From positions 16,321 through 80,320 of the forward strand of contig JAHLVW010000099.1 in assembly GCA_019058275.1 (NCBI GenBank): a stretch of DNA of 64,000 nt. The letters run 5' to 3'. The translations under genes were made by a program, and so were the position numbers. This document shows positions 52,049 to 62,919 of the stretch, piece by piece. Source of the DNA: Candidatus Heimdallarchaeota archaeon. GTDB lineage: Archaea; Asgardarchaeota; Heimdallarchaeia; JABLTI01. Numbering within the stretch: the stretch's first letter is position 1; every line of letters starts with the position of its first letter. The notes below the pieces were generated by a model. The model was not told the origin of the DNA, made no database searches, and worked only from the letters and a program-made list of their open reading frames with translations.

Positions 52049-52711
52049 TTGGTGGTTATAAATTTGACTCGTGAAGATGAATCAAGGGACATCAGAAAGG
52101 ATGAAGATATTATAGAGGATGAGGAAGAAGTAGTAGATAAGAAATCAGTAAATGATTCATGGAAAAACATTAAATTTATACCTAATAAAAAACATTTCAT
52201 TATCCTATCAATATTATTTAGTATTTTAGAACTAGCTGGATTGTTGATATTTGCTTATAGTTTGATAACAGAAGATTTTCCTACAGGATTATATGATTTC
52301 GGACTTTTTATCTTAGCTCCTTCTTTTGGGTTAATTCTTTCATATTTTGTAGAAAATAAAAAAGAAGCTGTTGCTATAAGCTCAATAAATGGTGGTTCAT
52401 CCATTTTTATTTCTTTAATTATTTACATAATTACAGAGGCAACTCTGGAATTTCCAGATTCATTGAATGTAACTTTCTATTTCTTTGGAATACCAGTGTT
52501 GATGCTACTAGTACAAATTATAGTAGCCTATACTATGGCTCGTGTTAGACGTTTGTATTATCGCTATGGTGATAGCACAGAATATCGTGATGGTGATGAA
52601 GCAATGATAAATGAGTTACGCGAAAGTCGAAGAAAACGAGGTATTGAACTAGAACCAAAAGAGGATCAAGAAGTTAGATCTGAAGATTATGAGTTATCAG
52701 ATTCAGAATAA
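52049..52711 (+). CDS. hypothetical four-TM membrane protein
   Basis: Four hydrophobic helices with charged termini. Confidence 0.7.
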   Translation: MVVINLTREDESRDIRKDEDIIEDEEEVVDKKSVNDSWKNIKFIPNKKHFIILSILFSILELAGLLIFAYSLITEDFPTGLYDFGLFILAPSFGLILSYFVENKKEAVAISSINGGSSIFISLIIYIITEATLEFPDSLNVTFYFFGIPVLMLLVQIIVAYTMARVRRLYYRYGDSTEYRDGDEAMINELRESRRKRGIELEPKEDQEVRSEDYELSDSE

Positions 52712-52754
52712 TGATATGAGTTACTCAGCTTATTTTCATCGAAGAAAAGCCAAG

Positions 52755-52797
52755 AGTAAATATCTGCCGGGGAAAAGAATTCCCCGGCGATTTTACT
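52755..52797. terminator. strong GC-rich hairpin downstream of the gene ending at 52711
   Basis: AGTAAA..GCCGGGGAA-aagaa-TTCCCCGGC..TTTACT. Confidence 0.6.
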
Positions 52798-52920
52798 TCT
52801 AATCAAGAGGGATTTAGGATCCGTTCTTCACAAATTATTTCATCGGCCAAAATACATTGCAAGGGTTCCTAAGATAATTATACTATTGTTCGAAAACTAA
52901 TTAAAAACTCCGCAGTAACG

Positions 52921-53200
52921 GTTCATCGAACAGTTCAGTCAAATTCTGAACGATAAACTCAAAGAAAAGCATTTCTCACCAAGAAAGTGTTTGAAAAAAT
53001 AGGGAAGTTAGGGGGGTTTTCCCCAAAAAAACCCCCAGTTTGATCCTTACTATTAGGCTTATTTTTTAGCTTTGATCACTGTTTTGATAGATCAAGAAGG
53101 CGAAACCTCATTGAATTATCATATTAATATATATACAAACTTAAGTTAAATACTCCGAAGGTACAGTTCGCGAACTGTTCAGCGCAATTCTGAACAATAA
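52921..53200. promoter_or_regulatory. duplicated palindromic operator-like motif
   Basis: GTTC..CGAAC.GTTCAG-N7-CTGAAC.ATAA at 52921 and 53166; perfect 16-bp palindrome ACAGTTCGCGAACTGT at 53163-53178. Confidence 0.6.
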
Positions 53201-53292
53201 CGAATCATTTTTTAATCAAAATAGCTTATTGAACACATAAACTATCATAAATTGGAGATTTCTATCAATAAAAAATTTGATGTGTTTATAAA

Positions 53293-54234
53293 ATGTTGGG
53301 ACAGCATGGAAAGAGAATCGCATTAACGAACATAATAATCATATTGGTTTTAATCTCACTTTGTGCATCAGATATCACAAATGTTTCATCCCAGACAAAT
53401 TTAATTGAAGAAGATGATCATTATAAGATATTTGCTGGCAATTATTATAATCTAATAATTCCAAAAAATGCAGGACCAATGGTTCTATTTGACATACCTA
53501 ATCTTGGTCAAATTAAAGTAATGTTAAGTTATATCTCGGAATATTTTAGTCCAACACCATATCTCAGTTCTTTAGATTACTTAGATGGAAAGGGTTACTC
53601 TCTTGGAAATTTAAATTGGGATTTAATTGGTCTTTCTGATGCAGAAAAAACATATGTAAATTTTACTAAAACCAATCTAGATAGAAATACTTCAATTGAT
53701 TTATCCTATATAGTTTTTAATGATAATTTAACTTATAATGGATATGATATTCAAGGTTTAAAGAATACTTATTTTGAAATGAAATTAAATGATTGGATTT
53801 TTTCCGAAGATACTAAGGGTATAGCATTTAATATCAAATCATCATTTGAATCAACCTTTGAATATAATAGATATGGACCATTTCATGTTTCAAATAAAGA
53901 TCAATATATAGCCAAACTTCTCAGAGAGTCAAGTGAATTTGAATTGTTAATTAATTCAGTTATAACTTTGGTAACTACTGAGGGTTATGAGGTACATACT
54001 GAAACAACATTTTTCGCAAATTACAATATTGCAGCTCAAGGAGCCAAACCTTTGGATATGTGGATTTCGGTACCTTATAGAGCAAATATAAAACAAATTA
54101 AATTCAATTTTCTATGCGGTTATAAAATAGAATCCACGGAATCAATCTCAATAGCTTCTTTTGTAATCTTTTCTTCTACTTTAGTAGTTTTGACTTTTGC
54201 TACAAGAGTAATATTTAGGAGATGGAAAAAATGA
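53293..54234 (+). CDS. hypothetical secreted membrane-anchored protein
   Basis: Signal peptide, beta-rich body, C-terminal TM followed by RRWKK. Confidence 0.75.
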   Translation: MLGQHGKRIALTNIIIILVLISLCASDITNVSSQTNLIEEDDHYKIFAGNYYNLIIPKNAGPMVLFDIPNLGQIKVMLSYISEYFSPTPYLSSLDYLDGKGYSLGNLNWDLIGLSDAEKTYVNFTKTNLDRNTSIDLSYIVFNDNLTYNGYDIQGLKNTYFEMKLNDWIFSEDTKGIAFNIKSSFESTFEYNRYGPFHVSNKDQYIAKLLRESSEFELLINSVITLVTTEGYEVHTETTFFANYNIAAQGAKPLDMWISVPYRANIKQIKFNFLCGYKIESTESISIASFVIFSSTLVVLTFATRVIFRRWKK

Positions 54235-55370
54235 TTATGGGGAAAAAACAAAAAAAATTCGAGAAATTCTATAATTTTACTGCACTTTATCTTTTGCTTT
54301 CGTTAATCTTAACCTTATCATTTTTCAATAGTAATATTACATTTAATGATAAAGATAATAAGTTAATTACAAAACAATCGTACAATCAAACTGATTTCAT
54401 TACAAAAAAATACAATGAAAATCTAACCAGAGTTTTCTTTGAAATATTTATCGAAGTAATTCCTGAAGACAAGGATATTTTAATTACTGCACAATTTACT
54501 TATCAAAATAGTGGGCTAATGCCTATAAAATCAATAATGTATATTATTGATATAACAACCATACTTATTGATAGTAGAATCTCTTCTATAGATGCTTATG
54601 ATTCATTAGGTAATCTGTATTATCAATGGGACATTGTAGATAATGCTCATCTAATTAATGTAACATTAAGAAAACCAATGGAAGCTCAACAATTTTATTC
54701 ATTTTCGATTTCCTATTTATTGGATAACGCAGTTTTTATCAACAAAGATATAGCTGACACATTTATTCTACAATGGATAATTACACATGATGAATATACT
54801 GAAGAATTTGCTTTAATTGTACTCTTACCTAATCAATATACACTTGAAAATGAATCTGCCTTGGAACCAGAAGCTGATTATATTGCAAAAGATAACAAAA
54901 GATTTGAGTGGGACTATTCGCATGTACTTCAGGATGAATCTCAAACTTGGATAATTAGATTTCAGCTGGAGGAACTACCAACAACACCCCCTCCACCATC
55001 ATATAAACCATATTGGTTGGGAATTTTTGGCGCTTTGCTTTTTGGAATTATTGTAGGAGGATTTGCGACATTCTTCATTATAAAAGCTAGAACAGATATA
55101 GAAAAAAAGGAGATAGTCGAAACTTTACTAGCACAACCTGAAAAAGAAATAATTAGAATAATCAAAGAAGAAAATGGCGTAACTACCCAAAGTAAGATTT
55201 GTTCATCTACTGAATTTTCAAAAGCCAAAGTTTCATATTATTTAGCAGAATTAGAGAAAAAAGGAATCATTGCAAAAGAACGATGGGGAAGAATGAATAG
55301 GATACGAATCGTTGATAATACAGTGGAAAAGGTGGATTTAGAAAAAGTAGCAGAAGAAGAAGAACAATGA
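54222..55370 (+). CDS. membrane-anchored transcriptional regulator (extracellular domain, TM, winged HTH; COG2512-like)
   Basis: E..II.II...G..TQS.I.....FSKAKVS..L..LEKKG.I.KERWGR.N.I after a TM helix. Confidence 0.85.
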   Translation: MEKMIMGKKQKKFEKFYNFTALYLLLSLILTLSFFNSNITFNDKDNKLITKQSYNQTDFITKKYNENLTRVFFEIFIEVIPEDKDILITAQFTYQNSGLMPIKSIMYIIDITTILIDSRISSIDAYDSLGNLYYQWDIVDNAHLINVTLRKPMEAQQFYSFSISYLLDNAVFINKDIADTFILQWIITHDEYTEEFALIVLLPNQYTLENESALEPEADYIAKDNKRFEWDYSHVLQDESQTWIIRFQLEELPTTPPPPSYKPYWLGIFGALLFGIIVGGFATFFIIKARTDIEKKEIVETLLAQPEKEIIRIIKEENGVTTQSKICSSTEFSKAKVSYYLAELEKKGIIAKERWGRMNRIRIVDNTVEKVDLEKVAEEEEQ

Positions 55371-55401
55371 TTCTTTTCAGAAAACTGAATAAAATGAATT
55401 T

Positions 55402-58400
55402 GTGAAAATCATTATATTTGTTGTAAGGAAAGAATTAGTTGTGTTATGGATGTACTTTAATAAAGAAAAAATTCTAATCATAGTTCTATTAGTGATTATT
55501 TCGAGTTCAACCTTTTATAATTTAAAGTACACAGAAAATTCCAATTTGCTTTTTAAAGAAAGTTTATCAAGAGATGAAAACAAAACCTTCGATGAAATCA
55601 CAAAATTGGATTTGAACATTAATACTTTTATAGATGCTGATAAAGTTTGGGGACAACCAACACAAATAACATTTGCAGAGATAAATGTTGATCAATACTC
55701 TGTTATGCAAGGATATGATGGGAACTTTCATTGTGCATGGGTAAGAAGGCTCGATAGAATTGGTTTTGCATTAAGTTATGCTAGTACATCAAATAACGAT
55801 ACAATGAATTGGTCTACACCAATTCAAATCTTACAAATGGACGCTAAAATAAGAACTCCAAAAATAATTATTGACAAGACTAATACAGTACATATAGCTT
55901 TTATCACAAAGAGAGAGAAATTTGAAAGAGTAAATTATGTTTACAAAACAGCAATTGGATCAAATTGGAGCAATAATGAAATATTGGATAAAAGCGAGCA
56001 AACGGAATTTTCAGATTTGAACTTTGTTTTAACCAATAACTATACATTACATTTAGCTTGGATATCAAATGCTTTAGTTAGAAATGAAAGTACAAAGGAA
56101 AGTGAAATTCATTTTAAAACACGTAATAACTTAACGAAAAGCTGGGGCAATGTTAAAAGGATTTATAGTTCGATTAATCCATTACAGATGAGCATTAATT
56201 CTCTTAGTAATCAGAGCATAGTTGTTACTATGACAAAATGGTCAGCAGATTTTGTTGAAAATGAAATATACATTGCTCAATCAAATGATGAAGGACAAAA
56301 TTGGGGTCCATCTTCTCTGATAACTTCAACAGGTACTTTAATCTCTGATATTCAAGTAATACCTAGTTTGATTTCAGGTGGGGTACATGTCATAGGTATA
56401 TTAGATGATATCGCAAAGCAAATTCATCATCTGGAGTTATATGCAAATTGGAGTATAAGGACCAACTTATCCTTAATCAATAATCCAATACATGATAGTG
56501 ATATAGCAGGATTGGCTGAAGATACTGTTACTGAAGATGTATACATTTTATATGAGGATACATATTTAGAAAATCCTAACATTCTTTATAGAAAAAGATC
56601 TGGAATAGACTTGAGTTGGGATTTAGAAATTGATATAACAAATGATGATTCATCTTACGATCCAATCTTTATTTATAATACCTATAACAATGAATCGAGT
56701 TTTGGAGAATTATTTTACCTAAATGTAGAAGCATTACAAACACAAACTTTTTCGAATTCATTTACTTGGTCAGAACCAGCAACTGTAGTTAAAACTTTCA
56801 AAACTAATAATCAAAATAGTTTTGCTGTGGAATCTGATGGTACAATACACTTTATTTGGGAGCACAAGGGTGAGATTGATAACGATATTTTCTATATGAA
56901 GAAAAATCCAATTGGAGAATGGATATTTCAAGGAAGCATTATGAATGTAGGGAAAAAAACTGCTTCTAGCCCTCAATTAACGATAGATTCGAACGATAAT
57001 TTGCATTGCACTTTTATTGCAAATACAAATGCAACAAGCTATACTAGCATCTTATATGTAACTAAAAATCATAATCAGAACAACTGGAGTGTTCCAGTGA
57101 TAATCAAAAATCCTGTGGGAAATGTTCTAAGAAATAATTATAAGATGATAATTGATGAATTTTATATAATACATATTATCTGGACAGAACAGACAGGATC
57201 ATTTCAAAACAATTTAGTGTACAGTTTTAAAGCATTAATAGATGATATTTTCACATCAGAAACTATTCTTGCAAACATTGAATATACAGCATGTTATGAA
57301 CCTGATATGATAATTGATTCCAATAGAGATTTACATATTGTTTATAGAGAGTATTATAGGCCAAATTTATTTTCAGTGTTAAAATATATCTCCAAACCAT
57401 ATGGTCAAAGTTGGTCATCTATTGAATCACTAGTTTCCACAGTTGAGGAGTTATTGCTTAGACCACTTTTGACAGTTGATTCAGAAAATACGATAAGATT
57501 AGTTTATTTGAGAAAATACATACTAAGCAGTTTTCTAGTTTCAGATGCTGAAGTATGGATTAAACCGCAATCAGAAAGCTGGTCATATGATGGAACAATC
57601 ATTACAGCTGAAATGATTAACTATCATGATTTTCTAATTACAAACGATAATAAACTAATTTACTTACACCATGTTACTGACCTACCTATTGATTTATTTC
57701 CAGACGAGATAGTTGATCAAGTACTTATAATTTCTTCAGATGGAGGAAATAGGTGGAGTAATAGAGAAGTATTATTTAAAAATCCACACTATACCTATGA
57801 GCCCTCTGGATTATTTCATGAAGCAACTGATAATATCTATATAGCAATTTACGATAGTATTTATGGTAAACCTCAAATCAATTTCCAGTTTTTACAAAAC
57901 GATACAGATAATGATCTTTTAGGAGATATAGATGAATTAGTTTATAGAACAGATGTAAATGAACCTGACAGTGATCAAGATTTAATAGATGATGGTTATG
58001 AGGTTACAGTAACATGTTCTAACCCAGCTTTAAACGACACAGATTGGGATAAGCTAGAAGATGGAGATGAAATACTAAATTATAAATCAAATCCATTAAC
58101 ATATGATAGTGATAAAGACCTTATATCAGATTTTGATGAGATAATGATTTGGGATACAGATCCTAATTCAATTGATTCCGATTCTGATGGTATTTCTGAT
58201 TTTGATGAATTATTTATTTTCAATACGAATCCCAACAGAGAAGATACTGAACATGATGGTATGCCTGATTTATGGGAAATTCTCAATGGATTAGATCCAA
58301 ATCTTGATGATGGATTTGAGGATTTAGATTCAGACAATCTATTTAATGTTGAAGAGTATTGGTATGAAACTGACCCACATAATCCCGATTCTGATTTTGA

Positions 58401-58791
58401 TGACTTATTAGATGGAGAAGAAGTTAAGATTTGGAAGACAGATCCAACAAAGTATGACACGGATGATGATACAATAGGTGATAGTGATGAAGTGCTAATT
58501 TATCACACAAACCCTCTCAAGGATGATACAGATGAAGATGGCTTTACTGATCGGGAGGAGATTAATAGTGGCACTGATCCCAACAATCCCAGAGATAATG
58601 TAAGAACTAGATTGATTAGAAGAATTCTTTTGTCAATATCTATACCTATTCTCTCTTTAGTAGCTATGTTCTCTGTTCTTGAAGTTAGGTATCAAATAAG
58701 ATCTAAAAAATTAAAAGCAAACGAAAAGGATGAGTTGAGAATAGAAGAAGAGAGATATAGATTAATTTTAGATGAAGAAGTAGGTGAATGA
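55402..58791 (+). CDS. large secreted BNR/Asp-box-like beta-propeller protein with TSP3-like Ca-binding repeats and TM
   Basis: Repeated D..G..H..W / WS.P blades, SNDEGQNW, and about ten D.D.D...D..E...TDP repeats. Confidence 0.8.
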   Translation: MKIIIFVVRKELVVLWMYFNKEKILIIVLLVIISSSTFYNLKYTENSNLLFKESLSRDENKTFDEITKLDLNINTFIDADKVWGQPTQITFAEINVDQYSVMQGYDGNFHCAWVRRLDRIGFALSYASTSNNDTMNWSTPIQILQMDAKIRTPKIIIDKTNTVHIAFITKREKFERVNYVYKTAIGSNWSNNEILDKSEQTEFSDLNFVLTNNYTLHLAWISNALVRNESTKESEIHFKTRNNLTKSWGNVKRIYSSINPLQMSINSLSNQSIVVTMTKWSADFVENEIYIAQSNDEGQNWGPSSLITSTGTLISDIQVIPSLISGGVHVIGILDDIAKQIHHLELYANWSIRTNLSLINNPIHDSDIAGLAEDTVTEDVYILYEDTYLENPNILYRKRSGIDLSWDLEIDITNDDSSYDPIFIYNTYNNESSFGELFYLNVEALQTQTFSNSFTWSEPATVVKTFKTNNQNSFAVESDGTIHFIWEHKGEIDNDIFYMKKNPIGEWIFQGSIMNVGKKTASSPQLTIDSNDNLHCTFIANTNATSYTSILYVTKNHNQNNWSVPVIIKNPVGNVLRNNYKMIIDEFYIIHIIWTEQTGSFQNNLVYSFKALIDDIFTSETILANIEYTACYEPDMIIDSNRDLHIVYREYYRPNLFSVLKYISKPYGQSWSSIESLVSTVEELLLRPLLTVDSENTIRLVYLRKYILSSFLVSDAEVWIKPQSESWSYDGTIITAEMINYHDFLITNDNKLIYLHHVTDLPIDLFPDEIVDQVLIISSDGGNRWSNREVLFKNPHYTYEPSGLFHEATDNIYIAIYDSIYGKPQINFQFLQNDTDNDLLGDIDELVYRTDVNEPDSDQDLIDDGYEVTVTCSNPALNDTDWDKLEDGDEILNYKSNPLTYDSDKDLISDFDEIMIWDTDPNSIDSDSDGISDFDELFIFNTNPNREDTEHDGMPDLWEILNGLDPNLDDGFEDLDSDNLFNVEEYWYETDPHNPDSDFDDLLDGEEVKIWKTDPTKYDTDDDTIGDSDEVLIYHTNPLKDDTDEDGFTDREEINSGTDPNNPRDNVRTRLIRRILLSISIPILSLVAMFSVLEVRYQIRSKKLKANEKDELRIEEERYRLILDEEVGE

Positions 58792-59020
58792 CAATTTTTT
58801 TTGTTTTATTTTATGATTGGTTTTTACCTCAAACAAAAACAATAATTAGTATTGCATTAAAAATCATATAGAAACTAGTTAGATGCTTCGTTTCACAATG
58901 GAAATTACTTTCACTTCCATTTTCAATTGCACAAAACTAAAGTACACTCTAATGAGTATCTAATATTAAACTGATGATTTAAGAGAAATAACAGAAGTAC
59001 AAAACTATGAGGAAATCCAG

Positions 59021-59848
59021 TTGATACATAAAATAATTGTAATTGATAAAAGAACTACTGTTGGTCAGGTGTTATTTGACAATGGAGTAGTTGCTCTTGA
59101 AACAGATCTACTAACTGGATTTATATCAGCTCTTAGTGCCTTTGCTAGCTGTCTAGGAGAGAAATCAATTGAGTTTAAAGGAGCAGATTTAGGCGACCAT
59201 CGTTTCTCATTGATATCTAGAGATCATTTAGCTTATGCGATTTTCCAAGATCTTTTTGACAATGAACCTTTTGCAAGGATGGCATTAAAAGAAATCATTG
59301 ACATTTATCATGATGAATTGGTAATTCTCAATTTATCACTTGATACAATTAGAAAATCAATTACAACTGAAATAACAGCATTAATTGAAACAGAATATTT
59401 TCCTGTTGGTATTTTAAAAAATATTAATAATGAAATTGAGGATATAATTGAAAGTTCAGAATACAATTTTGATTTAATGTTTTTATCTAGTATTACTAAT
59501 GGTATTATCCAAATTTGGCGTCGAACTATTAATCCAATAATTATGAGACAATTTCTGGATATAATTTCTAAAATTCCCTTAGAAATGAGTTGGCTTGCAG
59601 AAGGGAAGACTTCGAATTATGGATTTGTAGATCTAAATGATGATGAATCTGAATTAGAAGCTTGGATGATTAAACGAGTTAGCATTACAAATTACTTTAT
59701 TGCTGGGAGAGCAATTGCTAGAGGAAATCAAACACAAAAAGGATTTTCAAATGAAATATCTACAGTCTTTGATAAAATCTCAACACTTATTGAAAAAGCA
59801 TTAGAACAAGAGTGGATGCAAATAGCTAAAATGGATAATGGATTATAA
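59021..59848 (+). CDS. longin-like domain protein
   Basis: N-terminal I.VID...G..LF and DLLTGFISALSAFA..LG, typical of Asgard longin-like domains. Confidence 0.5.
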   Translation: MIHKIIVIDKRTTVGQVLFDNGVVALETDLLTGFISALSAFASCLGEKSIEFKGADLGDHRFSLISRDHLAYAIFQDLFDNEPFARMALKEIIDIYHDELVILNLSLDTIRKSITTEITALIETEYFPVGILKNINNEIEDIIESSEYNFDLMFLSSITNGIIQIWRRTINPIIMRQFLDIISKIPLEMSWLAEGKTSNYGFVDLNDDESELEAWMIKRVSITNYFIAGRAIARGNQTQKGFSNEISTVFDKISTLIEKALEQEWMQIAKMDNGL

Positions 59849-59965
59849 ACAATAATCAAACTTATTCAGAAAATTTTAAGAAAACTAAATCCCATTTTTT
59901 ATTAATTCCTATTATTGATTAAGTAACTGATTAATCGAATTGATTTAACAAATGAGGAGTAACCC

Positions 59966-60697
59966 ATGTCCAAGTCTGAGAACATTAAGAAACTCTTAGA
60001 AAGTGGTTTAGATGCATTAAAAAAGAACAAAAATGACAAAGCTCTTGCTTTTTTTGATCGGGTTATTGAAGTTGAACCTGATAATACTATGGCTTGGAAT
60101 AATAAAGGAGTAGCTCTAAGGAAAATAGGCAAGCTAAATGATGCTCTTAATTGTTATAATAAAGCATTAAGTATAGATTCTGATTTATCTAGAGCATTGT
60201 TAAATAAAGCAAGAGTATTAAAAATCTTGAAGAAATTTGATTTGGCATTATTTACTTATGAAGATATTCTGGAATTAAATCCTGAACACGAAGAAGCAAA
60301 AGAAGAAAGCGAAAGAGTAAGAGCTTTATTATCTAGAAGAGTAAAAATCAGTTTAGATGATCAAAAGAAAAGTCAAAAAGAGAAAGAAGAATTAAATCTT
60401 CTAAAAGAAAGAAAACAGGAACTTATTGAATTTCTAGAGGAATCACGCAGAAGTATTAGTGATTCTGTTGATAAAGTAATTGAAATTTTCACTTCAGGAA
60501 TAAAAGATGAAGCTATTGAACATAGAGATAGAATTCTAAATGCATTGGTTTCCTTCAATGAGCAATTACAAACTAGGATTAATAATATCAGTGATGAATT
60601 CACATTGCTTGATTTTGAAGAGGAAAATCGAAATTTAATTGATACTTGGTATGTTTTCAAAGATAAGAAAATAGGAGAACTGAAGAATCTCAACTAA
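59966..60697 (+). CDS. TPR protein with C-terminal coiled coil
   Basis: AWNNKGVAL..G....AL..YNKAL and related repeats. Confidence 0.88.
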   Translation: MSKSENIKKLLESGLDALKKNKNDKALAFFDRVIEVEPDNTMAWNNKGVALRKIGKLNDALNCYNKALSIDSDLSRALLNKARVLKILKKFDLALFTYEDILELNPEHEEAKEESERVRALLSRRVKISLDDQKKSQKEKEELNLLKERKQELIEFLEESRRSISDSVDKVIEIFTSGIKDEAIEHRDRILNALVSFNEQLQTRINNISDEFTLLDFEEENRNLIDTWYVFKDKKIGELKNLN

Positions 60698-60975
60698 TTA
60701 AATTTCCATTTTCTGATGTTACCACTTCTTTTAAAGCTAGAATCCTATGAATGTTTATTACTATTATAAGAAATTTCAAGAAAAAAACCATTGCTTTCCG
60801 TATTATGCTTGTATAGCTGAGGGTAATACTGGAGTAGTAATCTCGAATTACTTCTTTTTAAATATCGTAATCGCTGAGGAATATCTACGAATATATCATT
60901 TGGCGCAAAAACTGGGTTATGTTGTGTCGGATGATGAGACAGTTTGACTATATCTGCCGAGGTGAACAAGGTTTG

Positions 60976-61122
60976 ATGAGATTATTAACGGTACATGTCC
61001 CGGATGGATTTTTAGAAGGATTAGATGAACTAGTGCGACAAAAAAAGTATGCAAATAGAAGTGAAATTATAAGAATTGCAATTCGTGATTTATTGCGAGA
61101 TGAATTATGGGATCAAAGATAA
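60976..61122 (+). CDS. ribbon-helix-helix regulator (CopG family, CdrS/aCcr1-like)
   Basis: MRLLTVHVP...LDELV....YANRSEIIRIAIRDLL; GAGGTGA Shine-Dalgarno upstream. Confidence 0.88.
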   Translation: MRLLTVHVPDGFLEGLDELVRQKKYANRSEIIRIAIRDLLRDELWDQR

Positions 61123-61199
61123 TTCTTTCCCATGATTTTTTTTATTTTCTCTTGGTATTGCTTCTTTTAATGTATGCACTACGTCAATTTTCTTTTTTT

Positions 61200-62783
61200 T
61201 TATTTTCTATTAAAGAATTTCCTTATTGATTTCTCTTTATCCAATTCAATTAATGGAATAGATAATAGTTTTGAAAAATGTCGTAAGTCAGCCATATAAT
61301 TACCTAAAGTTAATGAAAGATGATTGGTCCCGATTGCTTTTATGAATAGATTTCCAGGAACTTTCAATTCTATAGCTGTATGAGGCCAAGTTGAACCCCA
61401 AGAATCTTCTGTTTTTCGTATTTGTGATACAATTTTTCCTGTTCCTGCTTGTAAGAAATACTCTTTATCAATTCTAATCAATCGGGCAAAAGTAGCTTCA
61501 CTTTTGGTTTCAGGGGTATTAAAACCAAATGCTCCACCAGATTCACCTTGGCATTGAGGTTTAATAGCTGCTTTTGACAATGATATTTTTGGATCATTGG
61601 AATTAGCTGCATAGAACGCACTAGCAGCTCCACAATTTGCAATAACAAAATATTTCTCATCTAATATTTTCAAATCACCAAATAAAGGAGGTATTTTACT
61701 ATTCAATCCAAATAGCAATGATGAAGTTAGTAATCCCTTTATATCACCTTCACAAACAGTTGGAATTATTGGTTTCTTACCTTCGCTATCAACTGGATAT
61801 GGTAAAAATGCTGGAATTAAGCATGGTGTTGTCCCGTATTCAACACTTAACTCTGGTTGACATTTTATTGATACTCCAATGATATTATTTCCTGTCTTAA
61901 TATTCTCATTCACAATATCTTTTGCAGCAAGATACATAGCTATTTGTTTATCGACAGATTCCTTAGTAGTCATTTTATTATCATAGATAATTTGACAATT
62001 ATTTTCCTTTAACCAGTTTACAAATGAGGTAACTCTTTCATGATTTTCAGCAAGAATTTTTTCTGCAATCCTAACAATTGAATATTGATCTTGTGTCATT
62101 ATGTCGCAGATTATAAATTTCTTCAGTGCTGAGATGTCATCATTTAAATGCTCCATATTAAGAGCAGGACTACCACCCCAAAGAATTAATTTCCCATTTT
62201 TCAAGTAATTTAGGGCTATTGTAGATCTTACCCAAGGAACAATTTCATCAATATTTTCATTTTGCTCGAGTATAAATCTCTGATGATTCTTAATTTGGTA
62301 ATTTAGTGCTGATTCCCAAAACGATGCTCCAGTAGATGAAATTGCTGTTATACCAGGCCAAGATGGATTATTTACTGTAACCAAAGCAATTGGAACATTC
62401 ACTTTTTTAGCTAATTCTATAGGTATATTAGGTTCATTCCAGGTCCAACAACCAAAAATTAAAGCACTAACACCATCATCAAGAAATCGTTTAATAACAA
62501 ATTGTAGATCAGATAGATTGTTTAATCCCCATATATCTCCTTTCTTAGCATTCAAACGTAAATCTTGTAAAGGATCAACAACAATAAATCCTTCTTTTTC
62601 TAATTTTGATTTTAGACCATTATGGCAATGTTTGATGTAATTCTCTCTCTTTTCAATTAGTTTTACTTCACTTCTTGGATCAGTAAATGAAACCAAACCT
62701 ATTTTTTGCAGAGGTATATTTTCTGAAGCTACTTTTGGTTCGTTTTTAACCATTAATAATCCCACCATACATTTACTATACAA
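61200..62783 (-). CDS. L-fucose/L-arabinose isomerase family protein
   Basis: KCQPELS, CEGD, NCG, TFARL, WPH and NH motifs. Confidence 0.8.
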   Translation of the reverse strand: MYSKCMVGLLMVKNEPKVASENIPLQKIGLVSFTDPRSEVKLIEKRENYIKHCHNGLKSKLEKEGFIVVDPLQDLRLNAKKGDIWGLNNLSDLQFVIKRFLDDGVSALIFGCWTWNEPNIPIELAKKVNVPIALVTVNNPSWPGITAISSTGASFWESALNYQIKNHQRFILEQNENIDEIVPWVRSTIALNYLKNGKLILWGGSPALNMEHLNDDISALKKFIICDIMTQDQYSIVRIAEKILAENHERVTSFVNWLKENNCQIIYDNKMTTKESVDKQIAMYLAAKDIVNENIKTGNNIIGVSIKCQPELSVEYGTTPCLIPAFLPYPVDSEGKKPIIPTVCEGDIKGLLTSSLLFGLNSKIPPLFGDLKILDEKYFVIANCGAASAFYAANSNDPKISLSKAAIKPQCQGESGGAFGFNTPETKSEATFARLIRIDKEYFLQAGTGKIVSQIRKTEDSWGSTWPHTAIELKVPGNLFIKAIGTNHLSLTLGNYMADLRHFSKLLSIPLIELDKEKSIRKFFNRK

Positions 62784-62919
62784 ATGATTAATAGTTTATT
62801 TCTAGGTATTTGTTTTAATTATATGAAATTTAGTTAATTAGTTTTTACCACAAATCATTTTAATCAAAATAATTCTAACTAGCTAAACGAATTAATCCTT
62901 TGAATCAGGAGTTAAATTT

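Noticed and set aside
20291-60693. Long antisense or alternate-frame ORFs (e.g. 20291, 22575, 24219, 44525, 46981, 51409, 58080, 60373)
   Set aside because: They are shadows of well-supported genes on the opposite strand, with atypical composition and no motifs.
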